Below are positions 12,203 to 21,602 of a DNA stretch of 64,000 nt, one piece after another. The position numbers and the translations under genes are program-made. Numbering within the stretch: position 1 is the stretch's first letter; every line of letters begins with the position of its first letter. The stretch comes from Amphiscolops sp. MND2022 (lineage: Eukaryota): contig OZ076409.1 of the NCBI GenBank assembly GCA_964187785.1, positions 93,064,001 to 93,128,000 on the forward strand, in the 5' to 3' direction. The notes below the pieces were generated by a model, which worked only from the letters and a program-made list of their open reading frames with translations, did not search any database and was not told the origin of the DNA.

Positions 12203-15200
12203 ATGCTTCCAAATCCATTCACATTTTCTTCACAACAAAGATCTTTTCGCTCAACCACCCATGATATAACACCTTTTTTACATAACCTAATCTATCAGTA
12301 CACCAATCCACTTCCATTTGAAACAGAAGCACATTCTATTCATACAATACCATTGCTTCGAGAACACTTAGATGCATACCTTTATTACTTTAGATACAAA
12401 ACATTGGAAATCACACCATCACAACAACCCTTCCAAGTCATTTTCAATCCAATACCAGGTATTAACAATGGAACCTTCTATAGAACTATCCATCCTCGAA
12501 ACTTAATTTTACCAATTCAAAATATTTTCATAAGCTACATTAACCAACTTATTGAACATAATGAAAATCTAGACACACCTATATACAGACCATCTCTTCT
12601 CGAAGAATTGAAAGAAAAGGTAGACCTTTTTGAAGTCCCAGATTTAGATACAAAAATAATACGCCACAACAACCCTCACTATTGGCTTCAACAAGATATT
12701 TTACAAGTAACAACTTTTCAATACAAATTCTTCAAAAATATTACACTAGATGATGATACAATACCACAAATTAAAGTTTTCTCTCACTTTCTTCTGAAAT
12801 TCTTCAGATTTAATTATCAACTGATATGGGAACCAAAAGACCAGAATGCATACATACATTTTCCTCAAATACTAAATAAAACTGAACTTTTACCATTTAT
12901 CATTCAAAACAAATCCAAACATCCTTATTACAAAAACTTCACTACACTCCATCCATCTCATATTGAAGCTATAGAACTTAATACCGATTTTCTTATAGAA
13001 CAATCTGAAACTTCAGATAGCCGACCTTATACAAACCTATTTCAAAACAACACAATGGAAGAAGAAAATCAATCTTCTGAAATTTCTGATAATCCACACT
13101 ATACGCACTCAACACAAGACCACAACATTACTGATGAAAACGTAATTCAACATCAACCAACAACTCCAAGACATACATCTCAAATAACACATGATCCAAC
13201 AGAATCAGTACAAGACACAATTACAAATCCACCGAATACTTCTAGTACAACTACGGACTCCAATGCTCTTCAAGTACCTACTCGAAATATCACAGAAACT
13301 AACACTCATCTTTTCAATCAAGAAAACCCTTCTACTAGCTCTATGACTAACGACACTGAAACACAATCATCTTCAATACACCAGACAACAACACGAAACT
13401 ATGATCCACCACCTCCTCCATCTATTCACTCCACTCATAGTACCCCACACAACTCACCACAACAAGGATCACCCAACACCTTTTTTACTCAACAACCTCC
13501 CTTAAGTGAAACCCAATTTCAAACAACCACTCCCCCAATACAATCACCTCAAACAATACCATATATTCCTGCTCAGATACCCGTACAATACAATAATCCT
13601 CCTACATTAACTATTAACACTCTACATACTAACCCTATATCAAACGTTACAACTTCTAATACATTATCTAGACCTCCTTTACCATTAATTCAGAATAACC
13701 CACTTATGTACAACCTCACAAGTACCAATATACAATCACAACTTAACACAAATAATACACAAACAAACTTAAATGAATTACACTCTAATACTCATCATCA
13801 AACTCATCTTCCTTCAACTATTACACATCCACCTCCACATATACACTCCGCTCCAATACAACCTCAAGTCAATGTCCTAAATATCCCACCTACTTCTACC
13901 AACCCTTCCACTTTACACACTATACCTCCAAATACAATACCTCCATCTACCATTAATACACCTACCTATATTAATTCTGCTACATCAATTTCAGAACCCA
14001 TTAAACCTTTTGATGGTTTAGACCATAATTATACACCAGAAGAATACTTACAGCATATTGAGGCCCGCGTTACATTTTCACTAGGTTTACAACCTCATAC
14101 TACTCACGAATACAAATTTTGGCATGCTCGCCGAATGGCTTTTATACAATGCTCACTCACTGGAACTGCCCTCAGCTGGTATATCCGATTAAATGACACT
14201 TACAAACAAGATTGGCACGCTTTTGTACAAGCTTTCAAAAAACAATTTTCATCACAAAAGAACGCTTATTATGCACAAGTTGAAGCTCTCAGTTTAACAA
14301 AGAAAGACAACGAAACTGTTCGTCATTTTGCCCTTAGAGTTCAACAACTTGTTGAAAAAGGATGGTGCAATGAGAACGCATCAACTATAAATCTCAAATG
14401 CAATGAAATTTTTACAAAAGGACTACCCAAAAATCTTAAAGATTTTGCAAACAAACGACAAGTTAAACATACTTCTACTGTTTTAGAACCTTCAATACCT
14501 TTTCACACACTTGTAAAACTTGTAGATGCTGAAGACATCGCCAATGACAAAATACGTACACATGATCTCACTCTTGAAGTTAATAACCTTACAAAACAAT
14601 TACAATCTCAATCCTTAAATCAACAACAAACTGACCAAATCATGTTTACACAACCACGAGACCCAAATAACAAAACAAAACCCGCTTACAAAAAATACTG
14701 CTCCTACTGTCATAGAACAAATCACTCTATCTCTGCTTGTTTCAAAAAACAAAGAGATGATGAAGACAAACGCGATAGATATGCAAGATCAAAATCCCCT
14801 CAAAAATCTTTTGTACAATACTTTCGTTCACCCTCCAATGATAGAACACAAAGATATGACACAAGACCAAACGAATATCACACTAGATACCGTAGTCGAA
14901 GTACATCCCGTCATGAGTATCAAAAACCTAACAGACAACGATCTATTTCTAGAACTCGCTATAACTACGATAGAACAACTACTCCTCCACACTATACCAG
15001 ATCTCGCTATGACAACTACCAACGTGATTCACGTTCCCATCGTTCACCATATAGATCTTCCTATAGATCACCCCACAAACGTGATTCACACTCCCGATAT
15101 AGATCACGATCATACTCAAGAGACAACAACTTTTCACGCTATACTTCTTCTTATAGACCACCATCAAGACCTAGGGATTCTCGATATTCTCGGTCCCGCT

Positions 15201-18200
15201 CACACTCTCAGACACGAAACAAAATAAATACCATACAACAACAAAACCCTAACGATCCAATCAATTTTGAAATCCACATGTATCATCCAACTGAAATGGC
15301 AAATGCTTTAACACCTACAAGCTGGTTTTACTCTTTATATACACATACACCTTCAAACCAAATTCATCGTGATTACCCTTCAAGACTTGAAATTTCCTTC
15401 CTCCTTGATAGCGGTGCGTCAATTTCTGTCTTAAACCACCCTACCTATATTACTATTGCCAAACTTCTTAATATTAAACAGACTTCCTCTCATAATTCAT
15501 CTAAAACACTTACCGTTGCAAACCAAACAGAAGTCCCTATTTTACATTACATAACCATTACCTTAAATACAACTATTGATGATAATTCACGTCAATTTAC
15601 AATTCCATTTGCAGTAGCTGATATAAAATACAACATTCTTGGAACACCCTTCTTTGAAGAAAACATTCAAAATATCAATATACAAGATTTTACATTACAT
15701 TTCAAAAACCACTCAAGAGTATACCCAAACTATGCTAAATTCACTTCTTTACTATCCAAAGACTATCCATACTTTTCTTACATTTACAGAATAAACTCCA
15801 AAACACAAATCCGTTTAAAACCAAATACTTCCAAAATTGCACATTTTCCTATAAATAACTATTATAACCTCCATTTCTCAACAACACCACAAAAACAATT
15901 TTTTCCCACAATTCCACACACTTACTTTTCCTCCAAATTTCGTACAACCTTCAATTTTATTGAAGTCTTCACAGACGACAAACCAGACACTTGTGCTACA
16001 ATTATACAAAACTCTACAAATCACATTGCAACACTACCTACAGGACACATTGGTTATATTGAAGTTCCAATAACAAATGAAAAACCCAAATATTATCAAG
16101 TCAATGACATTAACACACTTATTCATAATGTTACTCATACTTACCATCCTGAAATTACAGAAATTATCCCACCCACTAATTATTCAACAACTACAGAACA
16201 ACAACCAATATCTCCAACACAATTTTCATTAAATCAAGTATATATGACTGACGCTGATTCATTGCCACATTCACCTTCTCTCTATAACGTACAACCTACT
16301 TCTCATTCCTCAAAACCACGAGTGTTTCCTTCATTACCATATTCACCAGAGAATCTAAAATTTATAAATAAATTCAAATTTCAATTCTCTGACCTTACAG
16401 ACACCGAGTATATCACACTTTGCAACCTATTACTCAAACACAAAACCTGTTATGCTACCCATAAAAACGATGTTGGTAAAATTGCTACTCCTTTCCGCAT
16501 TCGTCTTAAACCCAATGCTCAACTACTTACACAACGTCCATCTAAAGTACCAATTCATTACCGTGACAAACTTAATACTCTTCTCAAAGATTTAGAAAAA
16601 CACAACATCATAAAACAAATTGGTTCCTCACCTCAAGACAAACCTGTTTATGGTACAACGTATTTAAATCCTCTTATCATTATACCAAAAGGTGACTCCA
16701 TAAAATGTGTACTTGATGCACGCCACCTCAATTCCAATACAGAACAATCCGACGAATCTTGGCCTATTGAACCTCTTGCTCCACAACTTGCACGAGCAAA
16801 TAAAAAGTACAAATCAGCCATAGATCTCATGTATGCATATGCACACACACCTCTTGACGAAGAAACAATTAAACTCACAAGTTTCTCGTCAGGCGACAAA
16901 CTCTTCGCCTTCATACGAGGCTTCTATGGTCTTAAAGGCCTTCCAAATTTTTTTACCAAACAAATGTCCTCATTCTTCAAAACACTTATTGAACAAGGTT
17001 TTGCCCTTGTATACATAGATGATATTTTACTCCTTTCAAACTCTAAAGAACACATGTTTCAACTCATTGAACAACTACATAATATTAGCACGAAAAACAA
17101 TCTTAAACTTGCTCCAGAAAAATCCTTTTTCATGCTCCTTAAAGTCAAGTTTTTAGGACATGAAATAGGTTATAACACTATCAAACCAATACATTCCAAA
17201 ATTTCAGCTATACACAAAATTCCTTCACCAACAGGCAAAATTGCTCTTATGAGTTTCATAGGTGCACTCAATTTTTACACAAAATTTATAGACAAACTCC
17301 ATATTAATCTTAAACCATTTTATGATTTATTACACGAAAATACCCCTTGGAAATGGACTGATGACCACGAACGTTTATTTCAAACCTTAAAAAACTCTCT
17401 CACTGCAGATACAGAACTTACAATTCCAAATACAAAACATCCTTTCTTTATTACCGTAGATGCTTCCCTTATTGGATTAGGTGCTGTCCTTTTCCAATTA
17501 AATGACCACAACCAAATGAAAGTAATATCTTACAATTCTCGAATATTAAACCCTCAAGAACAAAAACTCTCTACTCTTGAACGCGAACTTCTTGGTATAG
17601 TACATGCTCTTCAAATCTATGAATTTATTATTATTGGATCACCACATCCTATCCATGTTTTTACAGATCACAAACCTCTTTTACATTGTTTCACAAAAAA
17701 AGGAAATCTTAGTCCTCGCTTTTATAGAGCACAAATGCAACTTACAAAATTTTCAAAACTCAAAATAATACATACTCCAGGAAAAAATCTTTCTGTTGCC
17801 GACCTACTTAGTCGTTCTTTTACAAAAGAAGAATTGCAAATAAATCAACTCAAACACAAACACCTTCCACCCCAGATTGACTTCACAATACTCCAAAACA
17901 ACAAACTTCAACCTGTACATTACCTAATTAAACACGAAGAAGTTTTACCACACCAAAAACATGATTCTCACCCTATTCTTGCTGATTATGGTACAGACCA
18001 ATTTTCATTACGTATTAATGACAAAGGAAACGACATTATAGTTAAACCTTTAAACTCATTTTCTTTCAACTCTATCACTCCTTTTCAAACAAAATTTAAG
18101 GCTCCTGCCAAAAAACATAACAAATCCCTTCACCAACAATCTCTTCTTCTCAATGATACTGACGTTACTAGTGATGATGACGATCACATATATACCCGTA

Positions 18201-20278
18201 TTCCAAAAACCAATTCCCCTTTCACACATGACACCACATTAAAAGAACAAGAAACATTCTCTACCATAACCAAACCAAAACCTACCATCACACCAAAATC
18301 TAACTCCGAAACTACTTCTGCTATAGATGTACAAACAAATTCCACTTCTATGACACATTCTTCTCAATTAGTACCTTTTTATGACCCTTCCTTCTTCAAA
18401 TATAAACTATATTTTCAAGGTTTCTTCCTTCCAGACGATTACTCCTTAGACCTTAAAACACTTCAAGTACAACAATCTCAAGACCCAGTTCTTCGAACTG
18501 TCCATTCTTGGATAATTAATAATGAAAAACCTGATATTCTCACACCTCTTATTACTGGTAATCTCTTTTTACACGCTTATTACAAAAGATTCACACAACT
18601 TTTCATTGATACCACTACAAACCTTAAAAGTCTTCACACAACACACCCACTTCCTCCTGAAACACACCCTATTTCAATTCCACATATTCTACATGATACT
18701 ATTAGAATTTGCCTTCCTTTTAGAATGTTTCAAACAGTATTTAACAAGTTACATGACCATTCTCACACCGGTATCAAAATTACGTATAACACTTTTTCTC
18801 AATATTATTACATCCCGTATCTTGAAAAATGGCTTTCTATTTTCATACATGACTGTCTCGAATGTCAGAAAAATAAACACTTTAATATGAAAATTCAAAC
18901 TGCTCCTACACAATCATTTTCAGAACACGCTCCTTTCTTCAATTACAGAATCTCCATGGATACAAAAGGACCTATAAACCCTCCTTCACAACACAAATCT
19001 TACATTCATGTCATTGTTGACGCTTTCAGTCACTTTGTCGTTACAGTACCAATTAAATCCAACAACGCAAAAACTGCAGTCAAAACTTTATTACACCACT
19101 GGATTACAAAATATGGTCCTCCTATTTACCTTGTCACTGATCGAGGTACCGAATATGTTAATCAAGACATGGCTCACCTTTGTACACTTATGGGTATTAG
19201 ACACTCCCCCCGAACAGCATACTCTCCTTGGGCCAATGGCCTTGTTGAAGTACAAAATCGAAATCTTGGCACACATCTTCGTATGTTTCTCCATAACACT
19301 CCTGAAAATTGGGCTTTCCAAGTACATATGTATGCCTATGCCCACAATTCACAACCGATTTCAGAACTTAATGTTTCCCCTTATGAAATAGTTTTCCACA
19401 CAAGACCCCGAATTCCACTTACATTTGATCTTAACCTCAATCGTAACACATCCAAAACTTGTATCTCGCAATATTGTTCACAACTTCCAGAACACTCTCA
19501 CTACGATAAAACTGATTTAAACCCCTTCTTCTACAAAACACTATCCAAACCTATTCCACAATGGTTTCTTGCTGTTGAAACAGCAATGCTACAAATTTAC
19601 TCCACTGTTTACTACTACACTCTCAAAAAACTCAATTCTCACGCTTACATTACCAAAACTTACCATGAAGGTAAACCCCTTCCTATCGGTACTTTTGTTC
19701 TCAAACGTCATTTTGCACACGTTCACTTTTCAGACAAACTTAAACCCCTTCGAATTGGTCCATACAAAATTCTTGACCGATTATCCGATGTTACATATGA
19801 ACTCCTAGCACAAGATGGTTCTACATTACATGTTCACCGAAATCATATAATCCCTTATTATCCAAAAGAACCACTACTATACCCACATCTTCGTAATTTT
19901 ATGCGTTTCTCTGATTCAATTAAATTGGACATTCCAAAACCCATTCAATATGCTAATAGCGACTCATCACCTTTTAATTCCGATGAATCCCTTTCTGACG
20001 ATACATCAGTTTCGGATAATGACCAACTCTTATCACCAAACAACATTTCTCCACAAACTCCATTAAATACTAATCCATCATCAACAATAAACCTACCCTT
20101 TCAATCAATTCCTCAAACCCCTAGTACTAATCACTCCCGTGACAGAACTCGTCACCCATCTCAAAATCAATCTCCATCACCTTCTATTACAAATAATAGA
20201 GATACAAAAACTCATTATAGCTTGAGACAACAACCAAAAATGGATTATCGTATTTTTATACCACCATCGAAATTGTAA
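12203..20278 (+). CDS. gag-pol: Gag-Pol polyprotein, 2691 aa (N-terminal extension, capsid, CCHC knuckle, RS-rich region, aspartic protease, RT, RNase H, integrase)
   Basis: Capsid-like PFDG...LTGTALSWY...W..F...F from about 13991; CSYCHRTNHSISAC at 14699; LLDSGA (D at 15407); YIDD 17012-17023; TVDAS/ERELL/TDHKPL RNase H; HDHSH..CLEC zinc finger, MD..TD..E catalytic triad and GPY motif of integrase. Confidence 0.97.
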   Translation: MLPNPFTFSSQQRSFRSTTHDITPFLHNLIYQYTNPLPFETEAHSIHTIPLLREHLDAYLYYFRYKTLEITPSQQPFQVIFNPIPGINNGTFYRTIHPRNLILPIQNIFISYINQLIEHNENLDTPIYRPSLLEELKEKVDLFEVPDLDTKIIRHNNPHYWLQQDILQVTTFQYKFFKNITLDDDTIPQIKVFSHFLLKFFRFNYQLIWEPKDQNAYIHFPQILNKTELLPFIIQNKSKHPYYKNFTTLHPSHIEAIELNTDFLIEQSETSDSRPYTNLFQNNTMEEENQSSEISDNPHYTHSTQDHNITDENVIQHQPTTPRHTSQITHDPTESVQDTITNPPNTSSTTTDSNALQVPTRNITETNTHLFNQENPSTSSMTNDTETQSSSIHQTTTRNYDPPPPPSIHSTHSTPHNSPQQGSPNTFFTQQPPLSETQFQTTTPPIQSPQTIPYIPAQIPVQYNNPPTLTINTLHTNPISNVTTSNTLSRPPLPLIQNNPLMYNLTSTNIQSQLNTNNTQTNLNELHSNTHHQTHLPSTITHPPPHIHSAPIQPQVNVLNIPPTSTNPSTLHTIPPNTIPPSTINTPTYINSATSISEPIKPFDGLDHNYTPEEYLQHIEARVTFSLGLQPHTTHEYKFWHARRMAFIQCSLTGTALSWYIRLNDTYKQDWHAFVQAFKKQFSSQKNAYYAQVEALSLTKKDNETVRHFALRVQQLVEKGWCNENASTINLKCNEIFTKGLPKNLKDFANKRQVKHTSTVLEPSIPFHTLVKLVDAEDIANDKIRTHDLTLEVNNLTKQLQSQSLNQQQTDQIMFTQPRDPNNKTKPAYKKYCSYCHRTNHSISACFKKQRDDEDKRDRYARSKSPQKSFVQYFRSPSNDRTQRYDTRPNEYHTRYRSRSTSRHEYQKPNRQRSISRTRYNYDRTTTPPHYTRSRYDNYQRDSRSHRSPYRSSYRSPHKRDSHSRYRSRSYSRDNNFSRYTSSYRPPSRPRDSRYSRSRSHSQTRNKINTIQQQNPNDPINFEIHMYHPTEMANALTPTSWFYSLYTHTPSNQIHRDYPSRLEISFLLDSGASISVLNHPTYITIAKLLNIKQTSSHNSSKTLTVANQTEVPILHYITITLNTTIDDNSRQFTIPFAVADIKYNILGTPFFEENIQNINIQDFTLHFKNHSRVYPNYAKFTSLLSKDYPYFSYIYRINSKTQIRLKPNTSKIAHFPINNYYNLHFSTTPQKQFFPTIPHTYFSSKFRTTFNFIEVFTDDKPDTCATIIQNSTNHIATLPTGHIGYIEVPITNEKPKYYQVNDINTLIHNVTHTYHPEITEIIPPTNYSTTTEQQPISPTQFSLNQVYMTDADSLPHSPSLYNVQPTSHSSKPRVFPSLPYSPENLKFINKFKFQFSDLTDTEYITLCNLLLKHKTCYATHKNDVGKIATPFRIRLKPNAQLLTQRPSKVPIHYRDKLNTLLKDLEKHNIIKQIGSSPQDKPVYGTTYLNPLIIIPKGDSIKCVLDARHLNSNTEQSDESWPIEPLAPQLARANKKYKSAIDLMYAYAHTPLDEETIKLTSFSSGDKLFAFIRGFYGLKGLPNFFTKQMSSFFKTLIEQGFALVYIDDILLLSNSKEHMFQLIEQLHNISTKNNLKLAPEKSFFMLLKVKFLGHEIGYNTIKPIHSKISAIHKIPSPTGKIALMSFIGALNFYTKFIDKLHINLKPFYDLLHENTPWKWTDDHERLFQTLKNSLTADTELTIPNTKHPFFITVDASLIGLGAVLFQLNDHNQMKVISYNSRILNPQEQKLSTLERELLGIVHALQIYEFIIIGSPHPIHVFTDHKPLLHCFTKKGNLSPRFYRAQMQLTKFSKLKIIHTPGKNLSVADLLSRSFTKEELQINQLKHKHLPPQIDFTILQNNKLQPVHYLIKHEEVLPHQKHDSHPILADYGTDQFSLRINDKGNDIIVKPLNSFSFNSITPFQTKFKAPAKKHNKSLHQQSLLLNDTDVTSDDDDHIYTRIPKTNSPFTHDTTLKEQETFSTITKPKPTITPKSNSETTSAIDVQTNSTSMTHSSQLVPFYDPSFFKYKLYFQGFFLPDDYSLDLKTLQVQQSQDPVLRTVHSWIINNEKPDILTPLITGNLFLHAYYKRFTQLFIDTTTNLKSLHTTHPLPPETHPISIPHILHDTIRICLPFRMFQTVFNKLHDHSHTGIKITYNTFSQYYYIPYLEKWLSIFIHDCLECQKNKHFNMKIQTAPTQSFSEHAPFFNYRISMDTKGPINPPSQHKSYIHVIVDAFSHFVVTVPIKSNNAKTAVKTLLHHWITKYGPPIYLVTDRGTEYVNQDMAHLCTLMGIRHSPRTAYSPWANGLVEVQNRNLGTHLRMFLHNTPENWAFQVHMYAYAHNSQPISELNVSPYEIVFHTRPRIPLTFDLNLNRNTSKTCISQYCSQLPEHSHYDKTDLNPFFYKTLSKPIPQWFLAVETAMLQIYSTVYYYTLKKLNSHAYITKTYHEGKPLPIGTFVLKRHFAHVHFSDKLKPLRIGPYKILDRLSDVTYELLAQDGSTLHVHRNHIIPYYPKEPLLYPHLRNFMRFSDSIKLDIPKPIQYANSDSSPFNSDESLSDDTSVSDNDQLLSPNNISPQTPLNTNPSSTINLPFQSIPQTPSTNHSRDRTRHPSQNQSPSPSITNNRDTKTHYSLRQQPKMDYRIFIPPSKL

Positions 20279-20357
20279 AACATCCATTCACTTTCCAATC
20301 ACCACTCCAATCAGTCACATAAAATTTACAAATTTCTGATCAAACTGGCCCACCAAT

Positions 20358-21602
20358 CTGGATTCTTCATCTGAAACATCTCCCTCTGCTCCTAATATAC
20401 CTTCTCCATCTGAATCCTCTGTTTCGAACACAACTACAAATAGTAATGTAACACCAATAACTCCTTCAAAACGACCAAGATCTCACATTATAACTACCTC
20501 TCCAACACCATCTTCTCATACACATTCAACTCACATTAGTAGACCACCTATTGCTGAAATACCTTATACTCCTCGCTCTCGATCTCAACCGTCATTTGTC
20601 CACATACCACATCCTCATACTGTAGCACATCTTGTAAATTACAAACAACCAACTGCTATTAAAACAGCCCGTGTTTCACCTAACCTTCCTTCTAAATTAG
20701 ATATTGTACCACTATCTGATATTGAATACACACCTATACCTACATTACACTTGCCATCTGAATCTTCAAACCCATCTCAACTTTACCCTCCTTTAAAACC
20801 ACTTAGACATCCTTCCACTTCTCTTTCTAACTTAATAGACTCTCCTTCAGAATATCTACCACAAACTGATACTTCAGGTTCTGATATAGTACCACATCAT
20901 AGATATAATCTCAGACCTCTTCCCAATAGACGCCTGAGTGCAACCGACTCATCGACTCTTAATTTTTCAGCACTTTCTAGCAACTCAGCATTACGCCTTC
21001 TTAGACAACACGCTCAACCTTTATCTTCTGATACAGCACACTCTTCCGATTTTGTTCCACAATCCTATCTCACTTCTGGATTAGACACAGCTTCATTACT
21101 TTCATCTGACGTACAAACTGCATACTTATCTGGCAACCTCTTCTCTGAAGTCTTAGTACCTACACCTGTTGCTCCTCACGTACGAATACCTGAATACTAC
21201 ACATATGATCAATCAAGACCACCTACTCCTAATTTCGCAGACTACCCTTTACGTGTTGACGGCGTTACTATATATGATCCTCAAAACGATCCTCGCTTCC
21301 CTCTTTTAGCCGAACGATTTATTACCACAAATAACTCTCTCTCACATAAACGAAAAGAAACTGAATTAAAACGACTCCAAACTCCAAATTTAGAAATAAA
21401 ATTTGAAGTCAAAGTTAAGTTTCAAGGTCTTAATCCACACCCCATATTTCACGTTGCAAAAATTGAACACAAAACTACTCCTGCTCCTTTTGAAGTAATA
21501 TTCGTCGATTTCAACCGTGATCCTGAATTAAACGACCTAGCTTATGGCAAAATTGTCTTCTACAACCCCTTCTCTGGTCTCAAATATACAACTTCCTTTT
21601 AA
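20358..21602 (+). CDS. ORF2: Pro/Ser-rich protein with PSAP and LYPPL motifs and a globular C-terminus; no in-frame ATG (putative CTG start)
   Basis: Frame is open from 20340 to the stop at 21600-21602 (manual translation extends the tracked 283-aa ORF upstream); CTG at 20358 in AAT-CTG-G context; start position is inferred. Confidence 0.7.
   Translation: MDSSSETSPSAPNIPSPSESSVSNTTTNSNVTPITPSKRPRSHIITTSPTPSSHTHSTHISRPPIAEIPYTPRSRSQPSFVHIPHPHTVAHLVNYKQPTAIKTARVSPNLPSKLDIVPLSDIEYTPIPTLHLPSESSNPSQLYPPLKPLRHPSTSLSNLIDSPSEYLPQTDTSGSDIVPHHRYNLRPLPNRRLSATDSSTLNFSALSSNSALRLLRQHAQPLSSDTAHSSDFVPQSYLTSGLDTASLLSSDVQTAYLSGNLFSEVLVPTPVAPHVRIPEYYTYDQSRPPTPNFADYPLRVDGVTIYDPQNDPRFPLLAERFITTNNSLSHKRKETELKRLQTPNLEIKFEVKVKFQGLNPHPIFHVAKIEHKTTPAPFEVIFVDFNRDPELNDLAYGKIVFYNPFSGLKYTTSF

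Noticed and set aside
12203..20278. BEL/Pao or Copia assignment
   Set aside because: Integrase follows RNase H (not Copia); single CCHC knuckle, DAS/TDHKPL RNase H and GPY motif fit Ty3/Gypsy rather than BEL/Pao
20240..20340. Frameshift fusion of Pol to ORF2
   Set aside because: ORF2 frame has a TGA at 20337-20339, downstream of the pol stop, so a simple shift cannot join them
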